A stretch of 46,291 nt of DNA, from assembly GCA_033839185.1 (NCBI GenBank), contig JAJLKJ010000004.1, positions 1 through 46,291 of the forward strand. The letters run 5' to 3'. Position 1 is the first letter of the stretch. Every line of letters begins with the position of its first letter. Source of the DNA: Gammaproteobacteria bacterium (GTDB taxonomy: Bacteria > Pseudomonadota > Gammaproteobacteria > SpSt-1174). Of this stretch, positions 43,453 through 46,291 are shown one piece after another. Below the pieces are notes generated by a model. It had not been told where the DNA came from and searched no databases. It saw only the letters and a list, made by a program, of their open reading frames with translations. Both the position numbers and the translations under genes were made by a program.

Positions 43453-44328
43453 ATGACACTGATCACCGTTCTCATCGGCCTCGTGCTCGAGCGCTTCGTC
43501 GGCTATCTCGACGACTTCCGCCAGCTGGGCTGGTTTCGCCAGTATGGCGAGTGGCTGCAGGCGCGCCTGGGCAGCCTGGCCGACGGAGCTCCGGGGGTGG
43601 CGCTGATCCTCATCGGTCCCGTCCTGGTGATCTGGGGCGTGAGCGAGCTCTTCGATGATGCCCTGCTGGGGCTGCTCGAACTCCTCTTCGGCGTGGCCGT
43701 GCTGCTCTACTGCCTGGGGCCGCGTGATCTGCGGCAGGACGTGGAGTCCTATACCGAGGCCCTGGAATCCGGCGACGAGGCCCGCATCGAGCGCGCCACC
43801 GCACGCCTGGTCGACGGCCCCCTGCCCGAGGAGCCGGTGGCGCGTCTGCGGGCCGTGGTGGAGGGCGTCTTCATCGAGGCCAACAGCCGGCTGCTGGCCG
43901 TGGTCTTCTGGTTCGTGATCCTGGGGCCGCTGGGCGCGGTGGTCTACCGCCTGAGTCATGCGCTGGCGCAGCAGGCCGCGGCCGACAGCCGCCTGCGGCG
44001 TGCCGCTACGCACTGGCTGGGCCTGCTCGACTGGGTTCCCGCACGCCTGGTGGCCCTGTTCTACGGTCTCACCGGCCACTTCGACGATACCCTGGCGGTA
44101 TTGCGCCGCCATCTGGTCGGCCCGCTGGAGGCGCTCCCGGCCACCAACCGTGCCCTGCTGGCCGAGGCCGGCATCGCCGGCCTGCAGTTCGACGAGCTGG
44201 CCAGCGAAGAGCTGGATGCCGAGCAGGTGAATCTCATCTTCACCACCACCAGCACCATGGTGCTGCGCACCCTGGCGCTGGCCGTCACCCTGCTGGCCGT
44301 CGCCACGCTGGGTGGCTGGACCGCCTGA
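43453..44328 (+). CDS. ampE: AmpE-like membrane regulatory protein
   Basis: MTLITVLIGLVLERF and LLDWVPARLVALFYGL, downstream of ampD as in enterics. Confidence 0.75.
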   Translation: MTLITVLIGLVLERFVGYLDDFRQLGWFRQYGEWLQARLGSLADGAPGVALILIGPVLVIWGVSELFDDALLGLLELLFGVAVLLYCLGPRDLRQDVESYTEALESGDEARIERATARLVDGPLPEEPVARLRAVVEGVFIEANSRLLAVVFWFVILGPLGAVVYRLSHALAQQAAADSRLRRAATHWLGLLDWVPARLVALFYGLTGHFDDTLAVLRRHLVGPLEALPATNRALLAEAGIAGLQFDELASEELDAEQVNLIFTTTSTMVLRTLALAVTLLAVATLGGWTA

Positions 44329-44932
44329 TCCCGCCGCTTCCCCGCCCGTGCCGGCCACGGTCCTCGACCTGCTGCGCCACGGCGAGCCCGTTGGCGGCCG
44401 CTGCTATCGGGGCAATGGCGTCGACGACCCGCTGAGCGAGGCCGGCTGGGCCCAGATGCAGGCCGCGGTGGAGGCCGCCCCCGACTCCTGGACCCGCGTC
44501 GTCACCTCCCCCTTGAGCCGCTGCCGGGCCTTCGCCGCGGCGCTGGGCGAACGCCTCGGTATCCCCCTGGACGTCGAGGCCGATCTGCGCGAGGTGGGTT
44601 TCGGGGTCTGGGAGGGGCTCACGCCGGAGAGGGTGGCCGCGCGCTACCCGCAGATGCTGGCGGCGTTTCGCGCCGACCCGGTGGGGCGGCGGCCCGAGGG
44701 CGCCGAACCCGCTCAGGCCTTCTTCGATCGCAGCGTCCGGGCGCTGGAGGCCATCGCCCGCCGCCACCCGGGGGAGCGGCTGCTCATCGTCGCCCATGCC
44801 GGCACCCTGCGCGCCGCCACCGCCTGGGCCGTACAGGCGCCCCTGGCCGAGGTCTTCCGCATCAAGGTCGGCTACGCCGCACGGGTGCGGCTGCGCTACG
44901 AGGCCGGACGCCCCTGGCTTGAGTTGGGGTGA
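44312..44932 (+). CDS. histidine phosphatase family protein (CobC/alpha-ribazole phosphatase-like)
   Basis: LDLLRHGEP (RHG motif) and IVAHAGTLRA. The start is uncertain: GTG at 44312 overlapping the ampE end, or GTG at 44348. Confidence 0.7.
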   Translation: MAGPPDPAASPPVPATVLDLLRHGEPVGGRCYRGNGVDDPLSEAGWAQMQAAVEAAPDSWTRVVTSPLSRCRAFAAALGERLGIPLDVEADLREVGFGVWEGLTPERVAARYPQMLAAFRADPVGRRPEGAEPAQAFFDRSVRALEAIARRHPGERLLIVAHAGTLRAATAWAVQAPLAEVFRIKVGYAARVRLRYEAGRPWLELG

Positions 44933-44953
44933 GGGAGAGGGAGCGGGAAGGAG

Positions 44954-45132
44954 TGAGGCGTGAGGAGTAAGGGGTTAGGCGGGCATGGCCCGCCCTGTTT
45001 TATTTGCCACAGAGCACACAGAGATCACAGAGGCGAACTAGGCTATGTTATTCCTCTGTGTCCTCTGTGGCGTTTAGACTTTTCGCCTCACGCCTCACGC
45101 CTCACGCCTCACGCCTCACGCCTCACGCCTCA
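44954..45132. repeat. CACAGAG-family element, copy F, full nested form with (CGCCTCA)x7
   Basis: TGAGGCG TGAGGAG TAAGGGG TTAGGCG at 44954-44981. GGCGGGC-ATG-GCCCGCC at 44978-44994. Arms at 45006-45033 and 45053-45071. CGCCTCA x7 at 45084-45132. Confidence 0.9.
45084..45132. repeat. perfect heptanucleotide tandem repeat (CGCCTCA)x7
   Basis: 49 nt counted directly from the sequence. On the minus strand it reads (TGAGGCG)x7, starting with the stop codon of the 45130..45891 gene. Confidence 0.97.
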
Positions 45133-45891
45133 CCTTTCACTGATCTCCCGCAGCTTCTTCACCGCCAGCCCCGCCTCGTCGGCGATCTGCAGGGCGCGTT
45201 CCAGGCGTGCGGCGGCGGTGCGTCCCAGGCACTTGTGCTCGGGGTCGCCGAAGAAGGCCTCGACCGTGCCGGCGATGACCTTGTCGCGGTCGTTCTCGCA
45301 GCCGGTGAGGTGGTCCTGGATGTCGAGCACGTCGGCCAGCACCGCGCGGGCCAGTGTCTCGTGCTGCTTCCACAGCTCGCTGGTGGTGCCGCCCACCACC
45401 AGGCCGGCGATGTTGGCGGTGAGGATGTAGGCGTTCTTGCGCACCAGCTCGTAGCGCATCTCGTCTGCGTCGTCGACGCGGTAGTTCGGGATGTCCAGCG
45501 CATCCAGGGCGGCGTTCACCAGCCCGGCATGCGGGCCGTGCACGGGTGTGGGCACCACGATCTTCACGTCCTGCCCCTTCTTCTTCTCGAACCACACCGA
45601 TGCCACGGTGGGCTGTTTCAGGTCGTGCGCCGCCCAGTCGCGCGGCAGCAGCTCGTTCTGCACCAGCGCCAGGCGGTCGCGCCACACCGGCGGCACGGTC
45701 TCCAGCGCCGGGTGCAGGTCGGCCTCGGCCACGGCCAGCACCGCCAGCGCCGGCTCGGGGATGTGGCGCGACTCGTCGGCCATGTCCATGTCGCGGGTGA
45801 CCGGGTAGACCGGGTGCCCGGCCTTCAGAAAGCCGTTGGCGAAGGTGCAGCCGATCTGGCCCAGGCCGATGATGACGATGGGGTCTTTCAT
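45130..45891 (-). CDS. NAD(P)-binding Rossmann-fold protein of unknown function
   Basis: MKDPIVIIGLGQIGCTFANGFLKAGHPV (GxGxxG). The ATG at 45891 is preceded by AGGAG. The stop TGA (45130-45132) is the first unit of a heptamer array. Confidence 0.55.
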   Translation of the reverse strand: MKDPIVIIGLGQIGCTFANGFLKAGHPVYPVTRDMDMADESRHIPEPALAVLAVAEADLHPALETVPPVWRDRLALVQNELLPRDWAAHDLKQPTVASVWFEKKKGQDVKIVVPTPVHGPHAGLVNAALDALDIPNYRVDDADEMRYELVRKNAYILTANIAGLVVGGTTSELWKQHETLARAVLADVLDIQDHLTGCENDRDKVIAGTVEAFFGDPEHKCLGRTAAARLERALQIADEAGLAVKKLREISER

Positions 45892-46097
45892 GGGGACTCC
45901 TGTCTTTGTGCGCGCAGGTTGAGGAAAGAATGGGCGATAGCTTAGCTGACGGGGGTGGATGGGCCAAAGCATGCCGCGGTTTCTGCGGACGCCTCCCGCG
46001 GCCACCGGGGGTTTCCAGCATCGGCCGGGCAGGTTGAACCTGACTCCCTGTCCATGACATGGAATAATGTCCCGCTACGCCTCCAACCCGGACCTTC

Positions 46098-46291
46098 ATG
46101 CGCCTGAGACCTGAACAACTCGAGACCGAGCTGGCCAAGGGGCTGGCCCCCATCTACATCCTGAGCGGGGATGAGCCGTTCCAGCTGATGGAGGCCGCCG
46201 ACGCCGTGCGGGCGGCGGCACGGGCGGCGGGGTATACCGAGCGCGAGGTGATGAATGCCGAGGCCGGTTTCGACTGGGACACGCTGACGGC
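46098..46291 (+). CDS. holA: DNA polymerase III delta subunit, N-terminal fragment (runs off window)
   Basis: My translation from the ATG at 46098 reads MRLRPEQLETELAKGLAPIYILSGDEPFQLMEAADAVRAAARAAGYTEREV, a typical HolA N-terminus. Confidence 0.72.
   Translation, partial: MRLRPEQLETELAKGLAPIYILSGDEPFQLMEAADAVRAAARAAGYTEREVMNAEAGFDWDTLT

Noticed and set aside
44960-45945. ORFs 44960..45430 and 45004..45945, whose translations contain ASRLTPH repeats
   Set aside because: The repeat peptide is just the (CGCCTCA)x7 array read through in-frame. The rest is antisense to the Rossmann-fold gene, and there is no SD or sensible start.

Overview
46.3-kb high-GC chromosomal segment with gammaproteobacterial gene order. 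I call 45 protein-coding genes. I found no rRNA, tRNA, CRISPR array, transposase, integrase or phage genes.

Backbone: uvrA (partial) | MFS-ssb | miaB-ybeZ-ybeY-corC-lnt | DUF1451 zinc-ribbon gene | leuS-lptE. The usual partner of lptE, holA, appears only at the far right edge (46098), about 32 kb away. The intervening block is mostly housekeeping: a HIBADH-family reductase, DsrE-like, YbaK-like and OsmC-like genes, a PiT transporter, zupT, amgK-murU, argA, argE, ilvD, rep and ampD-ampE.

Three poorly understood systems sit in that block:
- A complete AmmeMemoRadiSam triad, with zupT directly downstream of the radical SAM gene.
- A tight operon of a hypothetical protein ending in six aspartates, a GCS2-type amidoligase and an AstE/M14-like deacylase.
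- About 9 kb away, a translationally coupled GNAT/C39-peptidase fusion plus a long-N-terminus RimK-type ATP-grasp ligase.

The most unusual signal is non-coding. A family of polar, nested palindromic intergenic elements has inner arms built from tandem 9-nt NCACAGAGN units. Their outer stems are tandem heptamers whose sequence differs between copies but stays self-complementary within each copy. These stems often begin exactly at the stop codon of the flanking gene. The largest array is (CGCCTCA)x7.

Other points:
- a roughly 380-nt hairpin-rich non-coding stretch between convergent genes (39.9-40.3 kb)
- two TATAAT-N6-ATG arrangements with no Shine-Dalgarno sequence
- a candidate Pho box upstream of the PiT gene
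- an in-frame A_AAA_AAG tract
- an 18-codon insertion in ilvD

All functional calls come from my own reading of the translations. No database search was run.
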